This document shows positions 1-11,397 of a DNA stretch of 64,000 bases, in pieces. Below the pieces are notes generated by a model, which was not told the origin of the DNA, searched no databases, and saw only the letters and a list, made by a program, of their open reading frames with translations. The stretch comes from Picochlorum sp. SENEW3. Its lineage: Eukaryota. The stretch covers positions 806,001-870,000 of the forward strand of contig CP120463.1 in the NCBI GenBank assembly GCA_034226945.1, in the 5' to 3' direction. How positions within the stretch are numbered: position 1 is the stretch's first letter; the number at the start of each line of letters is the position of its first letter. A program made the translations under genes and the position numbers.

Positions 1-692
1 TCTGCTCAGCGCAAGTTGGCTGTGAGAGTCTCTCGAAGCCAGGTGATGACCTCCAAGGCCTACCTTCGCGAGTACCCAGATCCAGAGTTCATCGAGGAAG
101 TGAAGGAAAACTTCCCAGAGCAGCCAATTGCGAACGTAGAGGAAGCCAGGGTATGTTGATTTTCTCATCTCATGTCTTTGTGATGTCTCTGATATGGCAT
201 GGCCATGTTCTGCAGGTGCTCTTCTCCGAGTTGGGATACAAGTATCTCGATGTGAGACCAGAATTGGAATTGGATGCTGTTGGAAAAGTTCGTGGTTCTA
301 TCAATGTGCCAATCATCAATGCTAAATGGAGATATGACCCTGAGGAGCAGAAAAAGGTTGCTGACAAGTCTGATAACCCAGACTTTGTCAAGATGGTGGA
401 GAAGAGGATTCCAGATAAGAGTACTCCAATCATGGTTAGTTGCTCTGACGGAACCACCTACTCTATCGATGCCTTGATTGCCTTGGAAGAGGCTGGGTAT
501 GAAACCTTGGTTGGGTTGAAGGGCGGCTTCTATGCCTGGTACAGAGTGTTTGACAACAATTTACGCCGCCGAAGGACTGGAGAGTATGCAGAGCAGTACA
601 CACACGATGGAGATTCATGTGGAATCCATTCCTCTGGAGCTGGGTTTGCGAGGGTGGATTCAGTGGAGCAGTGGGTTCCACCTAAATTCTAA
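1..692 (+). CDS. Rhodanese-like domain protein, probably plastid-targeted (5' partial, 2 exons visible)
   Basis: The open frame from base 1 (SAQRKLAVRVSRSQV...NVEEAR) splices across GT-AG intron 151-215 into VLFSELGYKYLDVRPELE. Rhodanese hallmarks: LDVR, GSINVP, CSDG loop, LKGGFYAW. Confidence 0.8.
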   Translation, partial: CSAQVGCESLSKPGDDLQGLPSRVPRSRVHRGSEGKLPRAANCERRGSQGMLIFSSHVFVMSLIWHGHVLQVLFSELGYKYLDVRPELELDAVGKVRGSINVPIINAKWRYDPEEQKKVADKSDNPDFVKMVEKRIPDKSTPIMVSCSDGTTYSIDALIALEEAGYETLVGLKGGFYAWYRVFDNNLRRRRTGEYAEQYTHDGDSCGIHSSGAGFARVDSVEQWVPPKF

Positions 693-836
693 TCAATTCA
701 TTCGTGTGGGTTACAGCTACACGAATCATGCTCATGTGTCGCCATGATCATGTATACGTTGCCACCTCTGTAAACCAATGTTGAAAAAAATAAGATAGTG
801 TATGGGATTGTGAGATCCCAGATCGTGGCATTCACC

Positions 837-2636
837 ATGCCGGTGGTATCTGGGAGCGTTGCCCTAGGACGACATGCAATCCCTAGGGTATCAGCGCGAA
901 CTGCGTTCTGGCAGGAGCGTTTGAGATGGAAATCGTTTGGGATGAATCTGAGAGCATTAAGAAATCATATGGGGGTGTACGAGAGAGATTCTTGTATCGC
1001 CAAATGTGAGAGACAGGGTGGCAGAGGTTCGACCCAAGGTAACATGGGAACAGTGAATGTGGGCGACTATGCGACGTTTGTTCAATTTCTGCATTTCGCA
1101 AGCCCATATGTGGTTGGGCATAGGAATAAGATTTTTGTGATTCTTATACCGGGGGAAGTGATGATGCATAAGGAACGCTTGCGGAATATTTTGGACGATA
1201 TTCTTCTGTTACATGGTCTTGGTTGCAAGGTGGTGTTGGTTGCGGGATCAAAGGATCTGATTGATGAGGAATTGAGGAGCAGTGGATTGGTGGAAGAGAG
1301 CTATGATGGACAGTTTGTTGGTGGGTACAGGGTAAGTGGTAGAGATGTGATGGATGTCGTCATGGCAGAAAATGGGGCTGTGATCAATCAGATTTCTGCC
1401 ATGCTATCAAAAGGTCCTCCTATTCCAATGATGCGCCGTCATGCCAAAGATGTTAGTAAAACATCGGAAAAGGTTTCAGGGTCAAAGGTGATGCCATCTG
1501 TCAAGGTTGTGAGTGGGAATTTTACAGCAGCAAAGCGGCGGGGGGTCTTGAATGGTGTGGATTTTGGATGGTCTGGGTCTGTATCCCATATACATGTGGA
1601 CGCGATTCATAGTCAATTAAATGATGGTAATATTGTGTTGTTGACATGTTTGGGGATATCGTCTGTTGGAGAGCTGCTCAATTGCAGTGTATATGATCTT
1701 GCTGCAAAGGCTGCTATTGAGCTAGGTGCAGACAAGTTTATTTGCTTCACTGGGAAGGACGTTCGGAAATTAGGACTGCCTCATTATCTTCCTTTGGAGG
1801 AAGCAAAACTGCAAATAGCGTCCCGTACACTTGGATGCTGTTCCAATATCGTTTCGTATGAGAATCGCGATGCGAGTGAGACGGCGGCAATTGCCCAGAT
1901 TGAGCCATTGTTTGGGTCGGGAAGCAACATTGTATTTGATTTAGATACGTGGGCGGACATGGAGATACCCTTTGAAATCATATCTGGTATTGTTGTGTGC
2001 CACCATGATATTTCTCGTAGCCATTTGGTTGATTATGAAGAAGACGGTGCCCTGTTGCTTGAACTCTACAGCAGAGATGGGATTAGTGGTGTGTGTATGA
2101 TTGCGTCGGACATTTATCAAGGGATTCGACAGGCGCGATATGAAGATGTCCCACAAGTGTCTCAGCTCTTACAGTCTTTCGTGTTACTTGGGTACGAGCT
2201 GCCGTGTGCCATTGTGAACCTGGGATCCTACATGGACAAGGTCATGGTGTTGGAACGCGATGGAGATGTGTTGGCATGTGCCATGTACAGTGTTCTTGGC
2301 ACAGGTCTCGACGAAAAGCTCGTTGTCGAGATTAATGCTCTCATCGTGAGCGAATCGCATAGGACCAATGGATTTGGAGACTCGATGTTGGATTACATGG
2401 AACAAGATTTGCGGAGAAAGAATGTTGGTCTCGTAGTGATAGTCCCAACAACAGGCAGTTGTGATTGGTTTGTTGATCGTGGCTTTGAATACCAAGGACT
2501 TGCAAATCAGAGTATGGTTCTGCCAGAAGAGAGACGACATGGCTACAAAGAATTCGCCAAACTGTACAGCAAGTCTATCGTGGATATCGATTCTTCTCTG
2601 GCAGACCTGCCCGCAGGAAGACGGATTGGGTTTTAA
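837..2636 (+). CDS. NAGS: Amino-acid N-acetyltransferase / N-acetylglutamate synthase (kinase-like + GNAT domains)
   Basis: Single long ORF. SPYVVGHRNKIFVILIPGE, GNFTAAKRRGVLNGVDFG, LLLELYSRDG and a C-terminal GNAT (HRTNGFGDSML...WFVDRGF) match the ArgA/plant NAGS architecture. The N-terminus is transit-peptide-like. Confidence 0.85.
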   Translation: MPVVSGSVALGRHAIPRVSARTAFWQERLRWKSFGMNLRALRNHMGVYERDSCIAKCERQGGRGSTQGNMGTVNVGDYATFVQFLHFASPYVVGHRNKIFVILIPGEVMMHKERLRNILDDILLLHGLGCKVVLVAGSKDLIDEELRSSGLVEESYDGQFVGGYRVSGRDVMDVVMAENGAVINQISAMLSKGPPIPMMRRHAKDVSKTSEKVSGSKVMPSVKVVSGNFTAAKRRGVLNGVDFGWSGSVSHIHVDAIHSQLNDGNIVLLTCLGISSVGELLNCSVYDLAAKAAIELGADKFICFTGKDVRKLGLPHYLPLEEAKLQIASRTLGCCSNIVSYENRDASETAAIAQIEPLFGSGSNIVFDLDTWADMEIPFEIISGIVVCHHDISRSHLVDYEEDGALLLELYSRDGISGVCMIASDIYQGIRQARYEDVPQVSQLLQSFVLLGYELPCAIVNLGSYMDKVMVLERDGDVLACAMYSVLGTGLDEKLVVEINALIVSESHRTNGFGDSMLDYMEQDLRRKNVGLVVIVPTTGSCDWFVDRGFEYQGLANQSMVLPEERRHGYKEFAKLYSKSIVDIDSSLADLPAGRRIGF

Positions 2637-3099
2637 CACTGAGCAGCTCCATGCTGATTGATATTGAAATATTTGAGTGCACATTGTGGATCATCTGAAA
2701 TACATATTCTGAAATTCGTCCAGTGTAAACTATTTATGATTTATGAATAAACCCTGGACTCCTCCAGCTGAAACAGGATGTAGATGGAGACCCAAAGTCT
2801 GCCAACAAACAAACCAAGTATGTATGTGCTCTTTGCGGATCTTGGCATACTCTGAAGACAAATGAGTGCTAGATAGATTACATGTATAGCATTACACAGG
2901 TCAAAAACTAGGAATGGCGCCCTGTCTATATAATAGTGCACGCTGCTCAAGGGTAGGCCTGCATCTGAGGATTCCACGCACATCCGAATTAAGTTTAGGA
3001 CGCAAAATCGCGAATGGTCCCTTCTGAATAGATTTGAAGGCAACTTTATTAGCGTGAATATGCTTTGGTCATGCAGTCAAGAGACTTTGTGCAAGTGAT

Positions 3100-5794
3100 T
3101 TATCCTCTAGGGCAGGTTCCCCAGATGGGCAAGTTTGAATCTGACAACATGCAACCAAAAGAACAAAACCCATCTGGTGCGTTGGGAATCAGGGTGACAC
3201 ACCACGCGGAGAGATCCTGATTAAATGGATCTACGGCAAACATGTACTCCATGTCCGTCACCTTACTCGTGTTCCAGCTTCCAATGTTCTGATTGAATGC
3301 AACGGCGGCAGCAAACATGTAAGACATATCAGTCACTTTGCTGGTGTCCCAGCTATCAATAGACTGATTAAACGTAGAGGCACTATTGAACATGTTTTTC
3401 ATGGTTATCACCTCACTCGTGTCCCAACTGCCGATGTCCTGATTGAATGCAGTTTTACCTGCTAACAAGCTACCCATATCAGTCACTCCACTCGTGCAGA
3501 TAATGGACAGATCCCCTGATGGGAAACTGTCCCTTTCTGCTTCAATGCCAGCCCTATCCTGCTTGGTATAGGTGATACCGTTCACTACTCCTGTGTCACC
3601 CACGTCCGCATCGGGGCACTTGATGGTCATGCCGTTGCCTGCCAAGTAGAAATCAGGCTGAGGTGGAGGAGGGGGACTAGGCGGAGGAGGTGGTCTGGGT
3701 GGAGGAGGAGGACTAGGCGGAGGAGGAGGTCTGGGTGGAGGAGGTGGTCTAGGTGGAGGAGGAGGATTAGGTGGAGGAGGGGGACTAGGCGGAGGAGGGG
3801 GACTAGGTGAAGGAGGTGGTCTGGGTGGGAGAGGACATCCGGTCATCACAGGAGTCGCTGACAAAGCCTCTGCAGATGGGCCACCGGGTCCCACGCTCTG
3901 AACTTTGCAGTCGTACATTGTATGAGGAGTCAGTCGAACAACACGAAGGGAGCTCGTCGCGGATCCAACCTGCACAGTAGTCCCATTTCTTGGGCCAGAT
4001 GATATGGGAACTGTTGAATAAGGGCTAAATGACACCAACCCCCTCCTGCTCCTCCTAGAAGGAACCACCCCATAGCACGTGGCACTGTATGCAAGGATAC
4101 CTGTTCTATCATCTGGGGGTGTGAAAGACACGTCCAGAGCTGCGCCGCTCGAGCAATCCCCTGTGTGAGCTATCATCGCGACACCTGCAGGTGGATCCGG
4201 GGTCTGCGAAGTTAGGGGAGAAGGATACTCTATGGCCACTTCAGTATCCACGGTGACTGTCTCTCCAAGGATCTGAGAGTTCCATGTGCCACTTGCCATA
4301 GTCGAAGATCCAGATTCACCCTTTAGATCACGAACCAAATTCAACGCAGCTTGGCTGAAAGGGTACTCTACTGTTCCTGTCACCACAACACTGCCAGGAA
4401 GCTTGCTCAAGATTCGGCATCTCTGGCTCCCTGGCTGCACTTTGTCAATATTTCCACAAACTTGACTCTCATCTGCATCGTCAAATGAAGCCACAGCCAA
4501 ACCATTGTAGCGGAGTGAAAACAGGACAGACCCACCAACCTGAGGAGCAACAGGAGTGCCAGGAACAGCATAGAACACAGACAACCCGTTAGACCTCTCG
4601 GTTGTGTCTGATTCCCCATTGCATTTACCAAATGCATATAAGGTATTATATCCAGCATTACGGAGGACGATGGGCACACCAACCGTGCTCAAACCTGGCC
4701 TTAAGACAGACACCTTTGTTGTTGCTGGAACAGGACTGCTACCATGGGTGCAAGTGATGACGACCGATATTACAGAGCAGCGTTCGCTGCCCCCCAGCGA
4801 TTCCACCACAATATTTACGATCCCTGTCGAGGTGGACTCCGGTGCTGAGATGGTCGGCCCTGGAATGATGGTCGATGGAGGCAGGAGCCAGGTGGGCACC
4901 GGTGGAGACTCTGGCAAAGGGGCAGCGCCTGGAGCTGGGGCAGGGGGAGGCTGAGCAGGACCAGGTCGCGCCACCACATCATATCTCTTGATTATCTTCC
5001 ACAGTGTATACTTTGTGAATGCCGTGAAATACTTGGCAGGCTTCTCAACCAACATAGCCCGAGAGCTGCAGGCTTCCACACCCAAGAACCTAGAACATCC
5101 TTCAGGCTTGTTGGCGGCAACTATTTCAAACGATCCATCGAGCTCAGCAGAAGATCTGATCTTCCACAGCTGAGAAGCATCCCGCGACTCGCCTTGAGTA
5201 CCATTCAAAAACAAGCTGTTCCCATGTGGGGGAATGACGCATGTTCCCTGGTATTCTGGATTTCCAAAGAAACTGCCAACGTACCCCAAACACTTGGCCT
5301 CCTTGGCGACCTTCAGATCTGCAATAAAAGCCCGAAGGGACACTGTCTTCTCGGCATCGTGGTCGCCATGCACCACGCTCACCAGCCACTCTTGCCACAT
5401 CATGGACTGGCTGGGTCCTCGCATCACAGGGCCAGCAGTCTTCCTGGACGACAGCGATGTCGAGCAGGTCCTATTATTGAAACCCAAAATCCCTACAGCA
5501 ATGCAGAAGTACAATCATAAATGGCATTCGGCCTTCTGAAGGAATGTGAGCAGACATACCCTTGCCCACACACCCTGCTCGGCTTTGAAACAAGGCAATC
5601 TGATACACTCCATCCCTGACGTCGTCGATTGATATAACCCTCTCATTGCTCGCTGGAATCAAATCTACTCCATCCAAACCATACATCATTGCATTTCTCG
5701 CATGTTTCACAGGGGTCGCTGCCGCTGTTATCCCGTGGTAGTAAGCCCAGGCACGCAGGAGGAATAACACGCAGGCGAGCCAGCCTGACGTCAT
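3100..5794 (-). CDS. Secreted modular surface protein: signal peptide, Pro-rich linkers, SEA-like, FN3-like, extensin-like polyPro, C-terminal DUF285/BspA-type repeats
   Basis: Exon 1 (5794-5560, MTSGWLACVLFLLRAWAYY...VGKG) joins in frame across intron 5559-5493 (GTATGT...TGTAG) to the 804-aa ORF. C-terminal ~25-aa repeats of the form FNQDIGSWDTSEVITMKNMF. FN3-like RLTPHTMYDCKVQSVGPGGPS. Confidence 0.75.
3661..3836 (-). repeat. Coding low-complexity repeat encoding (S/R/N)PPPPP hydroxyproline-rich-glycoprotein-like stalk
   Basis: Tandem ~18-nt units such as ggaggaggactaggc / ggaggtggtctgggt on the + strand, translating to PPRPPPSPSPPPPPSPPPPP... Confidence 0.9.
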
Positions 5795-6686
5795 TCTGGT
5801 TGGGAGAGGTGCATGTAAAACCGGTGTAATACTATAATCTTTCGATTGAAAACTCCGACATCATAGATATGTTAGGAATGGTACTCGTGACTATGTTTAC
5901 CTCTGATAGTCACAAGCATGCGATTACGCTACGCACATCCTTGCACGTGTAGCGTAATCATACCGTATTTACCGCTCACGGCTATAGCCTGATATGTATG
6001 CACTAGAAAGATCACCATTGGTGAAGTAGAATACGATTGCTATGAATCGCGCTGCGAATTACACTTGCATATCGATCAAGTTTAAAACTTGAGAGCTTGC
6101 TTTCAAAAAAACGAAACGAATTTCCTTGCCACCACAGTGCAGCAAAATTCATGAGGATGAATCTCAACGCCAAAGATAGTCAGAGCAGATGCAATCGAAC
6201 AATATTTCCTCCACCCAAATCTCCTCGAAACCACCTATTCTCGCAACATCGATTCGCCCCTGGCAGACTCGTCTTCCAAACCTTGCCAGCAGCATCCTGA
6301 TCCAGTACAACCAAGCTATACACAATGTATTACATCGCAAATCCACCTGCGAAATCATGAACCTGATTCAATTGTAAACTTGACTCTTTTATATCAGTAG
6401 ATTGCATCCAGTAAATGATCATCACATGTATGTCATGGCCTGGACCATGCTCATCATGAGCAGCAGTTGCTTGTATTATAAAAATCTTGGAGCAACATCC
6501 GGATTCAATTTCCTTTCTAGGCACAACTAGCAGCTGCATCCCCATTAAATACATATATATATATAAGAAGATTATATTGATTATTAATTAACTGCGTAGA
6601 AGAAGGGCTGTTCATCTCGGTGTGCTGCATGCTGCATTGCTTCATCGTAGCAAACAAGCCAAAGCAGCATAAAGAAGTACCAGACG

Positions 6687-8029
6687 ATGCCTAAGAAGAG
6701 GGTTTTATCCCCAAAATCTATTTGGGATTATAACCAAGTACAACAAACCTTTGTTGAAGCAGGGATTAAAGAATCGCATCTCCAAAGGCTTTACACGTAT
6801 GTTGATGGGATTTCTAATCTATTTCTAGAGCCCTTATTGGCTCTCAAGTGTATTGTTTGGGAGTGAGATTATTACATCGTTGTATAAGGATGCCTTTCGA
6901 TTGAAATATGACAGAGATTCGCGTGTTTTTAATGCAGGGCTTTGGTTCAAGACCCATATGTGGACTTGAGCACTATTCCCATGATGCCAAAGAAGGCCAA
7001 ATCGATACTTGATGAGAATTATGTGCGCTTGACGTCTCGATGTAAGTCTTTTAAACAATCTGCAGATGGTGAGACGACCAAGCTGCTGATTGAATTGCAA
7101 GATGGGCTTAAAGTTGAAGCTGTCATCATGACATATGATACCTCAAAGAGGGATGCGTCTGGTCAGACTGGGGGGAAGCGGCATACGCTTTGCGTATCTT
7201 CTGAAGTTGGGTGTCAGATGGGGTGCACATTCTGTGCCACGGGTGCGTGGACATGTCGATAGATGGGCGTGAGTGCATTGTATCTGATCTGTGTACTGCT
7301 GCTGTTCTTCTTGCAGGGACAATGGGCCTGACAGCTGATTTAACTTCAGGAGAGATTATTGAGCAGCTGGTGCATGCTAGAATGCGTTCTCCGATTCCTC
7401 GAAACATTGTTTTTATGGGAATGGGGGAGCCAATGAATAATTATGAGCAAGTGAAGACTGCCATCTCACTGATGGTGCACCCAAATGCATTTGCTTTACG
7501 GCAGAAGAGTGTTACACTTTCGACAGTTGGGGTCATTCCTCGAATTATTCAACTAGCGTCTGACCTTCCGGGGATAAGTTTAGCCCTTTCGCTTCATGCA
7601 CCCAACCAAGAATTACGGCAGCGGATAGTCCCAAGTGCACGTGCCTACAAACTGGAGAAATTAATTGCAGCGATCGACAAATATCAGGAGATTACAAAAA
7701 AGAGAGTTCTTATGGAATATGTACTTTTGGGGCCAGATTTTAATTGCAAAAGTGAGCATGCAGAAGAACTTGGACAACTGCTCCATGGGAAAGATGTTGT
7801 TCTCAATATTATTCCATGGAATCCCATCTTATCCCCAGGCTTCTCATATGAGGCCCCTCCTCAGGCAACAATACAGAAGTTTATAGAGATACTCGACAAA
7901 AAATATCGAATACCTTGTACAACGCGCCAAGAAAAGGGTCAAGATGTTGATGCTGCTTGTGGGCAGCTGGTCCTTAATGATGGAGGCAAGGCCACATGTG
8001 CTAGAGATCTTGAAGATCTTGTGGTATGA
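6687..8029 (+). CDS. rlmN: RlmN-like dual-specificity RNA methyltransferase (radical SAM), 3 exons
   Basis: ATG 6687; introns 6797-6937 and 7243-7316 restore one frame. Motifs: CQMGCTFC (CxxxCxxC), MGMGEP, ALSLHAP, AACGQL. Confidence 0.88.
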
Positions 8030-8084
8030 TGATTGCACTTGTTTATAATAATAATATTCATGTAGAGCGCCATTCATTTTTTAT

Positions 8085-10304
8085 TCAATCAGACTGGACA
8101 TCTAGGGTTTCTAGCACAATAGATTTCAGTGTGTCTACTTTGACTTCAGCCGATTCAGTATTCATATAGTATCCCATCTCACCCATTCTCAAATTTGAGG
8201 GAATCTGCAATACTCCTCCATCTGTTATACCAATTGAAGCATCTGCCAAGCAAATAGCGACAACAGCATCATGGATTCCAACCTCATGCCTGGCCATTAG
8301 TTTGGCATGTGCCTGGGATAGTCGTATCAGCGATTCAAAAAACCTCACTGTAACATGATCTGATCCAAAGGACCTCCTCGCTTGATAATACGAGATTAGA
8401 ACTCTTTTCGCGTCCTGAGACAGCAATGGATGAAACTTCATTTTGCACCATTGAATATAGTTGCGCAGCATCTCAATATCCCACATATCACCAAGGCTAT
8501 CATGAGGCTCCTTTCCTTCTCTGCTCTTGGTATCTAGAACAACATCACCTGCATGCCCCCTCATATTCAGAATATGGTCAACAATCACCGCGTCCGCTGC
8601 TGGGTTCATATCATCAAGCAGCAGTAAGATGATATCAAACCGACTCAGAAGTGGGGATGATAAGGCCAACTGCTCGTCCAAGGTTTTCCTGGGGTCAATC
8701 CTCCTATTTCCTTTTGGATTGCATGTACCAAACACTGAAACCTTGGTCTGTAAAGTTGATACCATGCCTGCTTTAGCCAAAGAACATGTCTGCTGCTCCA
8801 TCACCTCATGCAATGCAGAACTTTCTGACTGCTTCAGTCCATCAATTTCATCAATACAGCAGACACCTCCATTCGCCAGTACAAGAGCACCAGCCTCTAA
8901 CGTCCATTGTCCATTTTCTTTCACTGCCGCGGCAGTCAAACCTGCTGATGATGCAGACGATCCACTCGTGATCACAGCCTTTGGACACACATGTGTCACA
9001 AACTTTTGAATCTGAGATTTCCCAGTCCCAGGATCCCCGACCAAAAGCACGTGAATATCCGCCCTAGAAGCTTTTCTTTTTACAGAACCTGCGTCTGTAC
9101 CGTCAAACTGGCTTTCCTGATCTGTAATATCATGCTGAGATACCCCTCCAAGCAGCATGAGCAATACAGATAATTTCACACCAAACATGCCAGAAAGCAT
9201 CGGACAAAGAGAATTTACAATGACATCTCGAGCTGTGAATATCGAGCCTTGTACCCTCGCAGATGTCCAAAATTCTTCAAACTTTGCGTACATGGTATCC
9301 TTGTTCAATGCTGAGTGTGTGTCTTGATCATCCTGTACAACCAAGGACACTGCCTTCACAGCAAGTGTGACAACTGCCTTGGCCCCGACCGGTGTCGTTG
9401 ATCCATGGCGAATCACAATTCCTGTTATATGAACTTCATCCCCAATCTGACAACAGTCTGCCAAATCGTCTTGCAAAATGACCGTCACAGCTTTTCTGCT
9501 GTTACTGCTGGTCCTGTCACCACCCTGATACCCATGGGATGTATACACCTCGTCAGAAGAATGAACTTCCTGAACATATATTTCCTGATAATTTGTAAAG
9601 GTGTTGTCTGAAGGACACTGTCTAAATGTGCCGCCCGTGCACACACTACTACCCACCCCTCCAGTGGAGCTAGATGATGGACACTGCTGAGGCAAAGACA
9701 CATCATTCGTGAAATCATCAACCACCACCGCAAACTTGTATCCGCACGAGGCACATTCAAATAATTTACGTGATTCTAGAACCTTCACAACCCCTGTCCG
9801 TGCCACAGTCCCAGTCAGCGTCACCAAACAATCCACCAACTCTGACCGTGCCACACTCTGCCCAGGCGAGAGTGGTGCCAACCCATTCATCATGCCAGCA
9901 GGCCCAAACAACCGCGCATGCACATTTTCCTTCACAGAGTACCTATGGCGCTGAGATAATGACACTACTGGCGTCGACACCTTCCCAACATCCTGCTGCT
10001 CCCACGCAATGCCCTCTTCGTCACCACCCTCCTGTTTGGCCACCAACTCTTGCAGTACAACATTCTGAACCCGTAAAATCCCAGTCTCAATCGCCTCTAT
10101 CGACTGAATTGGATTATTAAATACATATTCAGCAACTTCCAGGTTCCATACACCCAATTCAGTCAAACTCAGGGGCAATCCTTGGTGATCCTCAGGTTGA
10201 GCATTCAGCAACAGTCTGACAATGTCTTGCCTCTTCCTTTTGTACAGATAGTCGCTAATCTCCCTCTCCAACCATTTCAGGGAGTCTGATTGGCTCATTA
10301 CCAT
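8085..10304 (-). CDS. MCM9: MCM-family helicase, MCM9-like
   Basis: Zn-finger CASC...CP...C, Walker A GDPGTGKSQ, AGLTAAAVKENGQWTLEAGALVLANGGVCCIDE, arginine finger SRFD. The W-x-LEAGALVLA context best fits MCM9. Confidence 0.8.
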   Translation of the reverse strand: MVMSQSDSLKWLEREISDYLYKRKRQDIVRLLLNAQPEDHQGLPLSLTELGVWNLEVAEYVFNNPIQSIEAIETGILRVQNVVLQELVAKQEGGDEEGIAWEQQDVGKVSTPVVSLSQRHRYSVKENVHARLFGPAGMMNGLAPLSPGQSVARSELVDCLVTLTGTVARTGVVKVLESRKLFECASCGYKFAVVVDDFTNDVSLPQQCPSSSSTGGVGSSVCTGGTFRQCPSDNTFTNYQEIYVQEVHSSDEVYTSHGYQGGDRTSSNSRKAVTVILQDDLADCCQIGDEVHITGIVIRHGSTTPVGAKAVVTLAVKAVSLVVQDDQDTHSALNKDTMYAKFEEFWTSARVQGSIFTARDVIVNSLCPMLSGMFGVKLSVLLMLLGGVSQHDITDQESQFDGTDAGSVKRKASRADIHVLLVGDPGTGKSQIQKFVTHVCPKAVITSGSSASSAGLTAAAVKENGQWTLEAGALVLANGGVCCIDEIDGLKQSESSALHEVMEQQTCSLAKAGMVSTLQTKVSVFGTCNPKGNRRIDPRKTLDEQLALSSPLLSRFDIILLLLDDMNPAADAVIVDHILNMRGHAGDVVLDTKSREGKEPHDSLGDMWDIEMLRNYIQWCKMKFHPLLSQDAKRVLISYYQARRSFGSDHVTVRFFESLIRLSQAHAKLMARHEVGIHDAVVAICLADASIGITDGGVLQIPSNLRMGEMGYYMNTESAEVKVDTLKSIVLETLDVQSD

Positions 10305-11397
10305 TCAATAGAACAACCCTCTGGTCCTTTGCTTTCTTGTTCGTACATCTCGCTTAGGCGAGAGCCAAGCTTGGCTACCTTCCCGAAACCTTGTCCATGG
10401 AGAACCATCCCGGGATGGGAACAACGTAGGAGCAAACCCATCGACATATTCGGCATATTTCCAATACCAATTGTAATTTATAAACATCTGAGGGTGAATA
10501 GTATACCCAATCAAGGTATGTCCAGGAATACTGTGGACTCACTTCATTCGCTTCTCGTCGGATTCGGGTTAGCATGGCCCGAACACGTGACACACAGACA
10601 CCAAGATAAATGTTCATATCTATTTTCTGAAACATGATTGCTTGCCCCGGCGTTCTCAGACCAGGAGGCGATGGTTCTCACAAGAGCAAAACCCTGTGCA
10701 GATATATAAAGTACTGACCTGCTCCTACAATGTCTCAGATTGGACAGGCCCAGAAGTTTTTCCAGACAGCAAAAGGATATATTCATGTGAAGACGGGGTA
10801 TGTGTGATTGCTTGATGCGCAAATGGTTGATTGGTTTGGGCACCAGTGGGCTGTGTATGATTTACTGCCTGGCGTATCTGTTGCAGGACTGATAAGATCA
10901 CGAGTGTCGTGATTCCACTTGGCATGACTGCTGTGGCTACATTGGTGTGGGGTCGTGGTATGTGGAATATGTATTGTGGCACTGGCAAGCTTGAGTAGGC
11001 TGTGTTATGGTGACTTGATTTTTGTCCCATCCAATTATTGCTGTTTTGTTTCTGTAAGAGTATCATTCATATGAATCCTCATGATGTCCAAGTGTTCTGC
11101 GTGTGCGTGAAGAAAGCGTGGCGCATTATCACTGTGGTATTATCACTGGACTTGGAAACAATGCAAAGAAATCCTATATAGGGAAAGATATTGATAAATA
11201 GAAAGTCGGAATACCCTCATTGGATGAGCACCTCCTATGGAAAGTCTCTTTTGATGGGACCCACCTTTGGTCGCCCGTCCCTTGCCATGGGATAAGCAAA
11301 GATTGAGATTGATGATAATGGGTATCCCCCAGTCGCCCAGGGCATACTTTTATCCATATCTCCTGAATATTCTCGAATACAACGTTAATATTTCATA

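Noticed and set aside
5980..6006. Helitron-like 3' end (palindrome followed by CTAG)
   Set aside because: The palindrome is short, the following base is A rather than T, and no 5' TC end or Rep/helicase is evident.
10305..11066. Several 70-115-aa ORFs between MCM9 and LHCII, with a possible GTGAGT donor near 10542 (-)
   Set aside because: No coherent spliced product or recognisable domain could be built. May be 5' UTR/promoter. A small orphan gene is not excluded.
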